Assembly (NCBI GenBank): GCA_035084275.1
Contig: CM068743.1
Location: 105,524,001-105,588,000 of the forward strand
Origin: Hydrolagus colliei
Lineage: Eukaryota
Direction: 5' to 3'
DNA: 64,000 nucleotides
The number at the start of each line of letters is the position of its first letter. The stretch's first letter is position 1. Below, in pieces: positions 36,866-50,054 of this stretch. The position numbers were made by a program, and so were the translations under genes. A model generated the notes under the pieces. The model was not told the DNA's origin. It ran no database searches and was given only the letters and a program-made list of their open reading frames with translations.

Positions 36866-39800
36866 GTAAGAGTCACAGTGGAGTAATTTGAATTTTGCAT
36901 TACCAATTCACTAATATCTGTAAAATGGAATTTAAAGTTACAACTTATGATTATGGGTCTAGCCTGTTACACTGCAATTACAACGCTCACTGATAGTAAA
37001 TGATTTGGATGGCATCATATCACAAAACAGGCGTTACAGAAACACACCTAAAAATGCAGCTTTGTGTTAAATGTGGAAGTTGTGCTATCCCTATTGAAGT
37101 CTTATCAGGGTATTAGTACATGTGCATGTGTTAGATAAGTCGACTTAAATTAACACCAACTTACCTCAATCAAAGTCCATTGTGCAGCAAACATTATTTG
37201 CACAGCTAAGCTGCTCGTTCTCGGTCTGTGTGTTTTTTAAAAAGACGAGCAGTTTTGCTTAATTGCCATTGGTGACGGTACAGCTATTTAGTTTTCGAGC
37301 TCAAAATATGTAAGTCAAACTAAGTACAGTAATATATAGGGGGTGCCACAGGGGGAAATCCAGAGGAAGGGACATTCCTGAACTACTGAGGTATTTTCCA
37401 TTGGCTGTAGTTGAGTCAATGGAGCCTTCACAAATGCTTTCAACACCTTGGGACATCCTCCCGACGTGAAAGGTGCTGTATAAATGTCATTTTGTAGTTA
37501 ATTTTAATGCTTCTAAACCAGACACTGTATTTGAAGGATCCTTCCAGTAAAAGAAGGAAGGGTATTATTCTAAAATTATTCTCTTACCACCACCTGATAG
37601 ACCCTCCCAGTCGTTAAATGTACACAACCCAGCAGAAAGCAGACAGTTAGGGTTGATTCCCACTCCATGCTGAGTTACGTGACAGAAGTCAGAGGGATGC
37701 ATCCTGCTTAAAGAATTTTAGGTGAATCTTAAGTGCAGGTTAGTAAGAGACAAGGCTTGGGTACCGCAGAGTGTCCGTTTGGAGTAGTGGTTGAAGTTTA
37801 ACCAGCTCTCTGAAGAGGCTCGCACTTGGCAAGCTATGAGACAGTGACTGTGGAACACAACAGCTGTGAGCACATAGATGGGGTAATGATAGGACAGCAT
37901 AGCAAATACAGCAGGGTGTAGATTAGATTGAATATCTTTAATGTACTATAACTATAAGCAGGCTTTCTGCAAGATGTCTGAGTTGATCTTTCTATCACAT
38001 GTTGGTGTTGTGACCAGTAAATTTAAACGTCTTGGAGATTTTTTTTAAAAAGAAACAGTTTTTAATGTCTTTTTTTTTTATTGTCTGGAGTCTTTGAATG
38101 TTCAGATGGTTGTCAAGGAATTCAAAATCAATACGATGTAATACTTATCAGGAGCTAGTTGGTAGTGTAAGATTGTACCTTTCAAAAATTGATGAGAAAA
38201 GAATGGGGGGGCTGTATGGGGGCTGTGAGCGTTGCATCTCACAGTGGTGGGAAGCAGCCTACTATGCACTGACAGGTTGATCCTACGAGCGTTGGTAAAT
38301 TTAGCAACAGCGGCAGGCGAGTACAATTGTAGTCAGTAAATTAATTGGCCTGGGTGGTGTCTGGTTCTAATAAGATTCCTCTTTATAAGCTCTCACCATC
38401 AGGATTGGAACATTGATCAAACAGCAGAAATTTGCACCAACCAGAGGTCTGTAATTTAACAAATTACAGGAGAAATATCACAGATGTGGCTAATTTCAGT
38501 TGGGCTGGTCAAAATATAGGGGGTGAAACTATGATGGTGGGAATTTTCCTGTTTTAAATTCATGTTGATGAAGGGACAAAGAGGAATTTACACTTCCTAT
38601 TCAGAGATGGCAAGTGGAACCTTGTGCAGACTTTTCTCACATATCAGCCAATAGGTAACTTCGGTGCAGATCCTTTCAAGACAGTCTCCCAATCATGCAG
38701 TCACACAGTTGTAGACAATGTTAAAGCAGAGAAGCTAAAAGAGAACATGAGAGAAAATGTTTTAACAAAATTAAAATAAAGGAAGTCTGACCTTTGTAAA
38801 ACTAAACTAAAATAGGGTAGAATCATAACACTAGCTTTGGAACAAAGTCAATATTGTTCTGCGTTTTTTCTCTTCTAAAGTCATTCGCAACACCTTGCGT
38901 TTCATTATAAATAGAAAATGATTCTTGGAGTGTTAAACTGTCCAACCTAAGTTTATTAGAATTATCAAGTGAAAAAACAATGTATTTTTTTGTGTTTGTA
39001 CATTTTTTAAATGAAAAAGTCAGGCTTTTGTTTATGCAAGAGGGTAAGGCAGAATTCTGTTCCACTTGAGGACTGGAAGCACTTTGTCTGACTTTGTTGT
39101 ACTGAAATTTTAAAATGTTTTCATTGCCAAATTTATATATGCAAAATGGTGTGTTTAGAAACAGAAATGTTTTGAATAAAAGCTACTGTCACAAAGATAG
39201 TATCTCTTCTTGTTGCCTACTTTCAAAATTGAAATCCTCTTAACTGGCCTTTAACCATTTAAGCAATGAAGGTAATTTGCCTTCTTTAAAGTAGACGTAT
39301 GCTTAATGTCAGATAACCTCCACAGAAATTAGTTTCTGTTCAAAACCACTGCTCTCTCTCTCTCTGTCTATATATACCTTTTCACTGCTAGGGATGCCTT
39401 ATCATTCAACAAATGACTTTGAGGAGTGGGGGTTAAGTTGCAGAAGACTGAACCTAAAGTGTCTCGTTTGCATCATCTGAACTCTAAGCTTGCGTTAAAG
39501 TTCTGAAAGGTCATCCTAGCCACCTATTATTTTATATAATATAAACAATTCAGCTTGGTCGGTCGGGGCAATAAAAGACTGTGGACCTCTTTCTTCCCTT
39601 AAGTGCAAATTCCTCTGTGTTAAAGTTTTGTACCTTGTGACAAGTTCAAGGAAAGTGCTATATTGTACAATATTGCATTACAAAAAAATTGTTAGAGGCT
39701 GTTATTTCTTTTTTGCAATGTTTTACAGGAATGTTCAGTGCCTTGTATATATTACAGGAAATAATTTTATTTGTGAAATATATTTATCCTCAATCCGATT

Positions 39801-40873
39801 TTCAATGTGATAGAATTTTGAATAAATACATGTTTTGAGTACAGAACTACTTTCTCAGTCCCCAAGAACCATATTCGCCCAACTGCAGTGCAATATAGCT
39901 AGGTGGATCCCTCAAAAGCTTAGACAAGCAACATTTCTATAGACTCATAGAAAGTTCACAGCATGGATGGTGACCTCTAAGCTCATCATGCTTGTGCTGT
40001 TATCAGTTCCCAGCCTCTCCCACTGCAATTATCTTTTCTAATCTCATTCTCTATTGCTCTTTCCCCATTATTTTATTGAACATTCTTCAAAATATTTCCG
40101 TTTAAATGCCTTTTCAAATTTGAATTCAACTGCTGTTTGTAGCATTAGTGTTCTGCCCCTCAATTAAATGGATCCAATGTTTTTCAAAAACACTTTGTGG
40201 AAGAAGACTGCCTCGTTCTTTCTTGTTTTAGGCGCTTGAGAAAGCTCTATATCAAATGCAAAGATTATTATTATTATCTAACCTATTCTAGCAAACAATG
40301 CTGATCTTGAGTTGTACAAATAACAACTCGAGACCTGTGCAGAGATAGCAGAATGTGTATGGGAACAGGAACAATAATAATGATCCTTACATTTGATATA
40401 GTGCCATACCATATCTTCAAGACTTCTCAAAGCACTTTACAAAAAAAGTGAATTGACAATATTTGTGGGTAAACTGCTGTCTTTTCCAGCTGGCTACTGG
40501 AGTCATTGACAATGGTCAGGGAGATGACCAAGTTGCTGTTCTTACAGTTGCAACATCAGGAAAGTCAAAGATTAGTGATCAAAAATATTTAAAGAAATAT
40601 TATTTTATAAATAAATTTGTGACGTTTTCATGTACACGTGGAAACTAACTTTTGCATTAATTAGGTTCCACAGATGACATTTATTTCTTGCATTATGTAT
40701 GTTGTCACTGCAATATGGATACCTTTATTGTTAAAGAAAACAAACGTAGAGTGCTAATGACAAACTTTACAGAATCTGGGACTAGTTTACTGTTAGATTA
40801 TTATTAGATACACTCCATTGCAATTCCCAGCATAATGGAACTTCAGTAGTGAAAATGTTTTCTCTCTGAACAG

Positions 40874-43380
40874 GTTTGAAAGTCGAAGAGTCCTTTCCTG
40901 CTGGTGCCAACTTGAAATGTACCATCTGTGAATTCACAGCGGAAAATGTGCTTAGCTTCCAACACCACGTCCTCACCCACCTCACGCCCACTGCCTTGAA
41001 ATGCAGTCATTGCCACTTTGGTTTCCAGAGTCACAGGGAGCTGCTGCACCACCAAGAACTGCACCATAGCCAAAGCAGGAAACTCCGGAGAAAGAGCGAA
41101 ACCGAACACTCGCCCCACGACAATGACAAAGCTTTTCAGCCAACAGGAACGGACCCAGCTAACAGACAGGAAGTGGTGGCAAGTCCTGGACAGAGTAAGG
41201 AAGCCAACTCCGACACAGAGGGAGAAAAGGTGGAGAAATGCCTACAGTTGGGTTTGACAAACCAGAAGAGTGAAAACCAGTCTGCAGCAAATAGACAGAG
41301 CTTTCCTTTTGCCAGAATCAAATCCGAACCTTCCAGCCCAAGGCTTGCTTCATCTCCAATTCAACCCAACATAGGATCAACTCTTCCGATGAGTCCTTTC
41401 CTTTCTCAGTTTGCCATCTCCCAGGATATTGCCATGGTCCCTCAGGCTTCAGAAATCCTAGCTAAAATGTCAGAACTGGTACACCGCAGGCTGAGACAAG
41501 GAGGAGGCAACTATCCTCCAGTCATTTATAGTCCTCTGGTACCTAAGGGAGCCACTTGCTTCGAGTGCAATATCACTTTCAATAACTTGGAAAACTACTT
41601 AGTCCACAAAAAGCACTACTGTAGCACTCGATGGCAACATGTGACAAAGTCACAAGACTTCAGCAATACCACTGAGAAGGTGCCAGAGACAGTAAGCCCC
41701 AATAGTGGGCACAGTCCCATCAGCATTCATAGTGCCCTTTGTCATCTCCCAGAGCCAGAAAATCCACTTCTCCAGTCAACCAGCATCAACTCCTCTGTAG
41801 TCATAGATACTGTGGGCTCCAATGGAAAATCTCCAGACAACGAAAATCCGGTACAATTGAAGAAAGAGTCACCTTCTGTTAGTGGTGATGAGCGGCTCAA
41901 TGAAAAGTCCAAGGATATGAACAGTCCAAGCACTCCCACACCAGAAAATGCCAATGATCCAAACAAAACTACTTGTCAAGAATGCAACATCACGTTTAGC
42001 AGGCACGAAACATTCGCTGTGCATAAGCAGTACTACTGTGCCACCCGTCACGATCCCCCAATGAAACGAATGGCAGCAAACAAGGTTCCTGCCATGCAGA
42101 GGACAATCCGTAGTCGCAAGCGGCGGAAGATGTATGAGATGTCATTGCCGGAGCAGGAGCAGAGGACACAGATGGTCCAGCAAGCTTTCCTTAATGTATC
42201 TGTCATGGGCAGCCCTGGAACGCCTTCCACAGAATCAATGGAGAATCTGGGGGAAGCCTCTCACCAGAGGTGTGATGTGTTTCTTGCAAAGCACATGGAA
42301 CCCTCTCTTCCAGGGGCGAGGAGCATGCCTGTTGTCAAATGCAACACAACACAACCTACAGTGGCCAGCTTGGAGCTGGACCTTCCAATGGATCTGAGCA
42401 AAAAGTGTTCGTCTCAATCAGATAGAGTGATGTCATCTCCTAAAAGGCTGCTAGACTACCATGAATGTACTGTGTGCAAGATTGGTTTCAACAAGGTCGA
42501 AAATTACCTTGCTCACAAGCAAAACTTTTGTCCAGGCATGGGAATCCAGCGCGGGGAGATGGAGAGAACAAAGTTTCCAGAGCAGCAAAGGGAAAGCGGT
42601 TCAGTGAAAAGGGAAGCAAGCAGTCCTGAAGGAAACAATGACAGAAATATGATGAAGTGTGAGAAAAATGGAAATTCCAAACTCGTCTCCCCGAATGGAA
42701 GTATATTTCCATCGCAGCTAGCGGCCCTGCACAGTCTGAAAGCTTTTAATGAGGCAGCTCAGCTCCTTTCTACTAAAGAAGAAAACAAAAGTGTAATATA
42801 CCCTCATTGCCTTTATCCAGGAGCAATAAAAAAATTGAGTGGTGTTGAGCAGATATCTCCATATTATGGGATTAAACCTAGTGACTACATCTCCGGAGCT
42901 GTTTTCATCCGCAGTGAGATTGATGAGCTGGTACAAGGCACACGTGGTAGGATTGATCCTTCTAGAGACCAGCCAGTATCTAACGGATGCTCACCACAAA
43001 AGAAGGAAGCTACTCCATCGTTACCGAAGGGTAAAGCCACGATAGCAGTCAATGGAGGAATAAAGCAGGAAGACAAGGCTTTCTCGGGCAACCAGCATCA
43101 AGATAACCCACCCCAGAGCATCCAGCAAGAAGATGGCCATGAATCTCCTCCATGGACATCTGAAAGTCCTGTCTCAGCAAACGAAAACGTCTCTCCTACA
43201 GCCAGAGCTTCATTAGAGGAGCAGTTAGTCCAGGCAGCAAAAAACGTCGGCGGTGCTGTCCAGCCTACAACCAGCGGGAAATACTGCCGACTCTGTGATA
43301 TTCAGTTCAATAACTTGTCTAACTTTATAACCCACAAGAAGTTCTACTGCTCGTCACATGCTGCAGAACATGTGAAATGA
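40874..43380 (+). CDS. ZFPM2: ZFPM2/FOG2 terminal coding exon, zinc fingers 3-8, NLS and CtBP-binding motif
   Basis: CAG acceptor ends at 40873, in frame with the previous exon. The 834-aa ORF has two C2H2 and four CCHC fingers (HKKHYC, HKQYYC, HKQNFC, HKKFYC), RKRRK at 42115-42129, PMDLS at 42385-42399 and the FOG2 C-terminus [13 protein letters not shown]. The TTG start in the ORF track is not the real start. Confidence 0.98.
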
Positions 43381-44460
43381 AATTTACTATCATGCATGAC
43401 GCCTGCCTCTAGTACACTCGTGGCCATGCATAGTTTGTATATAAAAAGGGAAAAAAATGCTGCTTGATTTACATCAGGACAATCAAGGGACTGCTGTGTA
43501 GTTCAATGGGGTGGAGGCTAGTCTGTCATTTCATTAATGCTCTTCATATATCTTAGTATAAATGTGAAATATCAGTGCCATTTTTCTCTGGATTTAATTT
43601 ATTTTCCAAGCAGTATTCATAGCTGTGGTTAAATTTCAATTTTTATTTAAAGAAGTTTATACTTAAATCATTTTTAACATTATTGTATAGTTATTCTTGT
43701 GTAACAATTACGGTTTGCACTGTAAATTAGAAGAGAGAGGTCCGCATCACAAACAGAGTAGATACAGCATTTGTAGATGAACTGGTTAAGAAAAAGCACT
43801 TGTGTATTCAAATTTCCCTGTGTTTGTTGCAACTTCCCTGTACATGCCAGAATATAAGTTGTATTCATTTTAAGACTGCAAAGTTAGAAGGTATTGTAGG
43901 CCTTAAAAAAATTATTGAAGTTCGTACAAATTCCATTTCATATTTAATACAACATTTTCAGTCCAAAATTGCAGCTTATATATCAGCATATACAGTAATC
44001 ATTAGGCTTTGCATAAGATGATATATATGTAGCAGTTTGTTCCTATCCACTTTCTAAAACTGAGCTATGTATGTTTTATTGAAGTTGTTAACTTTCTTGT
44101 ATAGTAATCTGTACTGTACTTTTCCTTGCTGACGCTTTTGTCTCACTTTTGAAACATTTGCTGTAAAATGCAATATTTAATATGAACAGCATTACTGGAA
44201 GCAGTATTGAAATAAGGTTGAACCCTTTCTGCCGTGTTTTATTGAAGATAATGATCAGTAGTTGTGGATTGCTGTTGTGAAAACATAAAAAGGCAAAAAA
44301 ATCATTTTGGAGGTGATGAAATGTAAGTAATGGAGCACTAATACTGCAACCGGTGATAATATGAATATTGTTCTACTTCTGATAGAAATTATTTCTCAAC
44401 AATGTTGTTACTATGCATGTATATGGATGGAATAAAAATTCCATAAATCAAGAGGATTTT
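43381..44460 (+). other. ZFPM2: ZFPM2 3' UTR
   Basis: AT-rich and repeat-free after the stop codon, ending near AATAAA at 44431-44436 followed by GT-rich sequence; contains several miRNA seed matches. Confidence 0.7.
44431..44436 (+). terminator. Probable polyadenylation signal of ZFPM2 (alternative AATAAA at 44699-44704)
   Basis: Canonical AATAAA with TGTA upstream and T/GT-rich sequence downstream. Confidence 0.6.
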
Positions 44461-44743
44461 ATAGGGTTTGCATCATTGTTGTGCGCAGAGTGACATTTCT
44501 AATCATTGCATATAACAAATCATATGGTTGTTTGTTGGGGGTTGTTATTCAAGGGTGTGATGATTAGTTTTAATTCTTATAGGATTTACACGGGTTGGGA
44601 TTTAACACTGCTTCCAACACAAGTGAATTTCCTTTTAAATGTGTATAATTTATGCTGCCTGCAAAAGTTCCTAGTAATCACCTACAAAATTATTTCTCAA
44701 TAAAATCTTTGTAATGCTATCAAAGTTCTTAACCCTGCTGTGA

Positions 44744-44795
44744 GAACATCACCTGTCAACCTGAAATACGAACATCATCTGTCAACCTGAAATAC
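44744..44795. repeat. 26-bp tandem duplication
   Basis: GAACATCACCTGTCAACCTGAAATAC followed by GAACATCATCTGTCAACCTGAAATAC (one mismatch). Confidence 0.9.
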
Positions 44796-45184
44796 ACAGA
44801 TAGCCGATGGTTTAATAATGGATACAATTTTTTTTGTGAGTCTGGTGTCTGATGTCTATGAAATCCCACCTTGGTGTTAATAATGTCCAAACCAAGAGTT
44901 CCATATTGCATAGCCCTAAGTTGGCATGAGCCAAGACTTGGGGATCCCAGAGTATATATTGGAGTGCTTTTTGGATTAGCCAACAATATCCTTTGAACAT
45001 TGACAAGCCGCCCACATTTGTTCAGGTAGGTTCACTCTATATGTTAGGGCTTTGGCTTGAAGGCTTTGGCTTGAAGGTTTGAATTGAATTGAACCAATTG
45101 CGAATGATCCCTGCCCCCTGTGACTGGTCTACTGCTCCACGATCTGCAGATGAGTAAGGTTGGTAGGGCTATCATGAGATTAAC

Positions 45185-45320
45185 AGTGCTTAAGGGATAT
45201 GGGGATAATGTGGGCAGATGGAGTTAGATTAGAAGATCAGCCATGATCATATTGAATGATGGGGCAGACTCGAGGGGCTGAATGGCCTACTCCTGCTCCT
45301 TATCCAGATGTTCTTATCTT
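45185..45320 (+). mobile_element. CR1 LINE 3' end fragment
   Basis: Near-identical to 32025-32150 (AGATTAGAAGATCAGCCATGAT...GAATGGCCTACTCCTGCTCCT). Confidence 0.85.
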
Positions 45321-47017
45321 CTAGCAGTGCCTTGAAGTACTGTAGAATACTTCTTGGGTCAGAAACCAGGTTACCGAGACCACCATAGATTACAGAGACC
45401 ACCAGTGGATCCAAAACAATCAGTCTATCCATTAATTTCTTTTTAAAATCTGAAACAAGTGCTGATTTCAAAGGAGGGACACAGGGGTTTAAAATTAGGC
45501 ACTTGCAGACCACAAATTGCTGTACTAATCATGCTTGCTTTGCGACGGAAATTGTGACATTGGCTAAAAACACACAACAAAAAGTTGTGATGCTGAGCAC
45601 TGTCAAATGCCATTTTGCAACATGGGCTTGATATGTAATCGTTTATCGGCTGATAAAAGGCCCAAAATGTAGACAAAAGGTGAGATAGCAAAGCACCAGC
45701 CATGAAACAATCTTTGTTTGCATTCAAGGTGGTGTTTTGTAATACTTATTTCAACTATAATATATGCTTTTGTAACCTTTCCCCTCACCCCGCTCAGGCT
45801 TCTAGTTAGCAATTTGAGACATTTTCAGAAGATGAAAGGCGCTATACCAAATCTAAAAATTATTATTATTATTACATAAATGTATATTGTTGCTGTTGCA
45901 AATAGGAAGTCATAACTAATTGCCTTACAGATTATAAACCCAGATTTTAGAACCCCAAATGTCTCGACTACACTTCATCCAAATACAATGATGCAATGAA
46001 GCTTGACAATAAATTAACTTATTTGACAGTATCTCTTAGTTTCCAGACATTAATTCTAGATTGCCATTATTGTGTATGTAATCCCGCCCAGATATTACAT
46101 TCTCTCCATTAATATCCTCCAGATGATAAACCTATGTATCCAATGGTGAGAATATTAAAAATCATATTATCTGTTGAAGAATTTCTTGATATTGTACATC
46201 AGGTAACACCTCATTCACACGACCGTGACTCTCATATTGTATGAAGGCATGTCTCTCCCTGGCCGTCGGCAAACAATAAATTGGTACAATGGTGGGGGTA
46301 GGTGGTGGGTTGTTGGGGGGATAAATGGCAAAGCTAACGGAACATATTTAATTTACTAAAGATTTTATGATGTCAAGAAACACAATTGATTGATTTAAAG
46401 AGTGTTCTAAATGCCCACAGCCAATTGTACTACTTTCACTCTGTAGCTCAGCTATGTTTTGGAAATCCTGTGATTGTAAAACCATTCAAGGAAAGACCAA
46501 GGACTCGTGAGAAAATTCGAGATTGTTAACTATGTAATTGGAGTGCTGAATGTTGTATCCAAATCATCAAAGGGCCTTGCTAGTTCTTTGTTCTGCCATT
46601 TCTACAATCTACACTGGCTCAATGCTGTCTGCTATTGAACAATGATCTCTCCCTGAAGTTCACTCCACTTTGGTTGCCAAAGAGCTGATGCTCTGAAAGT
46701 CCAATCATAATCAAATCTCAACTCTTCTCCAGCAAATTTCTTCAGGGAAGTAGAGCTCTCCAGTAGTTTGTCAATGTGACCATATTTGGTAAAACAACAT
46801 ACAGTATATTGTGCTTTTCTTACAGGATAGTGTTATCTCAGAAGTGTGGTTGAACCTCAAAACTACTTTACTTACACAACGTACTTAAAAACATATATCT
46901 TCAACCATGCCTCCAGCCAACATATATAAATGAGTTATTTCCTGCTCATTATCCACCATTATATTTTTGTGAAGTGTTCTGTGACATTCCTTCACATGGG
47001 ATACATGTTTTCTTTTC

Positions 47018-48150
47018 AACAACAGCAACCACTTTGATTTATAATAGCGCCCTCCACGCCGGATGGCATCTCACAGCGTTTCACAATATCGGATCCTGGG
47101 ACCGAGCCAGGCGCAGGAGTAGAAAGGTGACTAAAGGTGCAGTTGAAGAGAAAGGTCTTCAGCTGGGACCTGAAAACAGGAGGCGCAGCGAAGGGAGTGA
47201 GGGAGGGAATTCCAGAGCCTCTGGACATAGTGGCTGAAGGCACGGCCACCGAGGGTGGAGCAGATGATGCGGGGGACATGGAGGAGGCCAGACCCAGTGG
47301 AGCGAAGGCAACGGGTGCTGGTTTGAGGAGAGAGGAGATCAGAGAGGTAGCGGGATGCGGAGGAGTGGAGGGATTTGAAGACAAGAGTGAGGATCTTGAA
47401 ATCAATCCTCTCGGGGTTAGGGAGCCAGTGAAGGCTGGCAATGACTGAGGTAATGGGGGAGCAAAGTTTGGTGCGGGTGAGAATGCGGGCGGCAGAGTTC
47501 TGAATCAGCTGGACTCTGTGGATTATGGAGGAGGGGAGACCAGCGAGGAGGGCATTGGAATAGTCCAGCCGAGAGGTGACAAAGGCGTAGACCAGGGTTT
47601 CTGTGGTTTTTGGGGCGAGTTATTGCCGGAGACGGGTGATCCGTCGGAGGTGGAAGAAGGCGGACCTAGTGAGGGACTGGATGTGAGGGAGGAAGGACAG
47701 TTGGGGGGTCGAACCTGATGCCTAAGTTGCGCAAAGTTTCGGAGAGTTTTAGGGGCAGACTGGGAAGGTGGAGGAAGTGAGAGCCATGCGAATGGAGACA
47801 TTGACGAGAGCGAAAGATTATGGCCTCTGTCTTGTCAACATTCAGCTGCAACAAATTTGTGCTCATCCAGTTCCTGACAGAACATCAGGGGACTGGGGGT
47901 CGCAAAGTGAAGTGGAGAAATAGAATTGGGTGTCATCCGCACACATGTGGAACTTGTCTGCGGATGACATCCCCAAGAGGGAGCATGTAGATGAGGAAGA
48001 GGAGGGGGCCAAGGATGGATCCATGGGGTACCCCACAGGTAACCATGTGAGAGTGGGAGGAAAAGCCGTTTGTGGTGATGTACTGCTAGTGGTTTGTGAG
48101 GTAGGACTCGAACCAGGCGAGAGCGGTCCCACTGAGGTGGGTGACGGAGG
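47018..48150 (-). mobile_element. L2 LINE RT/3' fragment (family A)
   Basis: Highly similar to 35164-35755 and 4757-5655; [29 protein letters not shown]. Confidence 0.92.
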
Positions 48151-49257
48151 TAGATTTCCTTATTGAACTGTGTGGAGACATCTTGCAAAATATTATTTGC
48201 TAGTATTGACAAATTATGCTCATAGCCTGTAGTGGTTTCTATGTCCTCAGCACTGCAAATGTTATTGGGAGTCTCCAGAATTTGCATCACTGTTTTATGG
48301 CAATCCAGATGCACTTCCAAAGCACCTGCTTTACCCTTATACCCTTTACCTATGAGAGTAAACTCCAAAACATGGCATTTTGTCAAAAAACTGCACCCTT
48401 TTATGAAGAAAGGGAACTATTTGAAGGATGTGCTTCACTTGCAGTATGACTGAACAAAGAATCTGGATGTGTAAAACTATCTTAAAACCAGGGTAGTGGT
48501 TCTGTCTCTAACATTACTGGTTTCTGCTTCTTTGTATTGAGGGAAATAGTACTTCTCCTGGAAAAGATAACTCAAGAAGGAATGAACAGAATGTTTTTAC
48601 ACAATGAGGGACAGAGAGATTGGGTGATTGACACCTCTGTCCTCCACATCATCAATATCCTCCACAAAAAGAAAGTCTTGAAGCTACATCACTCTCACTC
48701 TCACTCAATTCACCCGGCTAGTAACCTGAATGTAGCAATTTGTGGAGGATCAAACCATTGGAAGAATGAAAAACACATTGACTAGGTAGGTAATCTATCT
48801 TTCTCTGCAATCACTCCCATATATATCCATTATTTTCTCAGTAATTACCCCAGCTATCCATTATTCTTAAACCGAAGTGGCTGTTTACATTTATATTGCA
48901 ATAGATATATAAACTTAAGCTGTTATCTGTGCCTCATATTAGGCTGTCTCACCTTTTTTTAAAAAAAATGAAAAGGGACAGTCTGTGGCTTGTAGAGACA
49001 GTGTTTGGAGAAACTGAAATATCTATCAGACAAAACCGAACATCGAAAATCCTGTTCATGTCAGGACACTGAAACATCAACAAGCAATGGCCAGACCAGT
49101 GAAATCATTTTTGATTCCTTATGCCTCTCACTTTCAATCTCAGCTGCAATACAGGTATCTCTCGATTTATGAAGATATGAAGTGCTTGAGACGACTCAAC
49201 ATTATGGGCCCTATATCAAAGGCAAATACAGTAGTATTGTTATAGTACTGTACTATA

Positions 49258-49965
49258 CAGGTGAACCTCGATTTACGAAAGGATTGCGTATTTTACCTAT
49301 ACCTTTCATTTATGTATTTTCGATTTAACGAAAGTACATTTTTTTACACAATTTTTTCAATTTACGATGTCTAGTTTCGTTTTAACAATTGTTTAAAATT
49401 ATACTTAATTTTTTTTGTGCATTATATAGTATATTGCTCAGTAAATACGCTGTATATCTAGTACAAGATGTTGAATTGGCCAATAGCATGTCGCTACGTC
49501 ATTGTTTACATGACATCAATTCGCCGGTTGCTGATTGGATGAGGCCCAGGTGATCTCCAAGGCTTCCGGGCTCACGTTGGGTCCTGTAGCCATTGAAGTG
49601 GAAAACTGCGGCAATGAAGACCCAGGATCCCTTGATAAGCCTAGCCAGAGGTATCGCTCCCCTCTGAGCTGCTCTAGACGCTGGATCTGTTCACTGTATG
49701 GGACCCGCTCAACTGCGATCGAGAGCCATGGGATCTGATCGATGTGGTATTAAATTAATTATTCATTCATTAAATTCATTAAGTCTTATTATCATTAAAT
49801 TCTTTGTTGCAAAGTGTTATTTTACGGAGTTTTGGGTCTCGAAAATTTTGTAAAAAGAATGCATCTTGGATTATATAATGGGACCATATGGGAAAGCCCG
49901 TCCTGATTTACATAATTTCAATTTACGTAATGGTTTTCAGGAACGTGACCCTTTTGCAAATTGAG
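49258..49965. mobile_element. Tigger/pogo-like non-autonomous DNA transposon, right end clipped
   Basis: TA-CAGGTGAACCTCGATTTACGAAAGG at the left end; a diverged inverted copy (GGAACGTGACCCTTTTGCAAATTGAG) at ~49940-49965; internal ATTTACG repeats; related TIR stub at ~49151-49175. Confidence 0.65.
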
Positions 49966-50054
49966 TACAGAAATAATAATAATACTATTTGCATTTGATA
50001 TAGAGCCCATAATGTTGAATCATCTCAAGCACTTCATAGGGAATTGTGCCAAGT

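Noticed and set aside
40876-43380. Single-exon 834-aa gene starting at TTG
   Set aside because: It is the terminal exon of ZFPM2; a splice acceptor lies two bases upstream and the phase matches the previous exon.
45048-45077. 14-bp tandem duplication (and a 13-bp one at ~53388-53413)
   Set aside because: Ordinary slippage duplications with no evident function.
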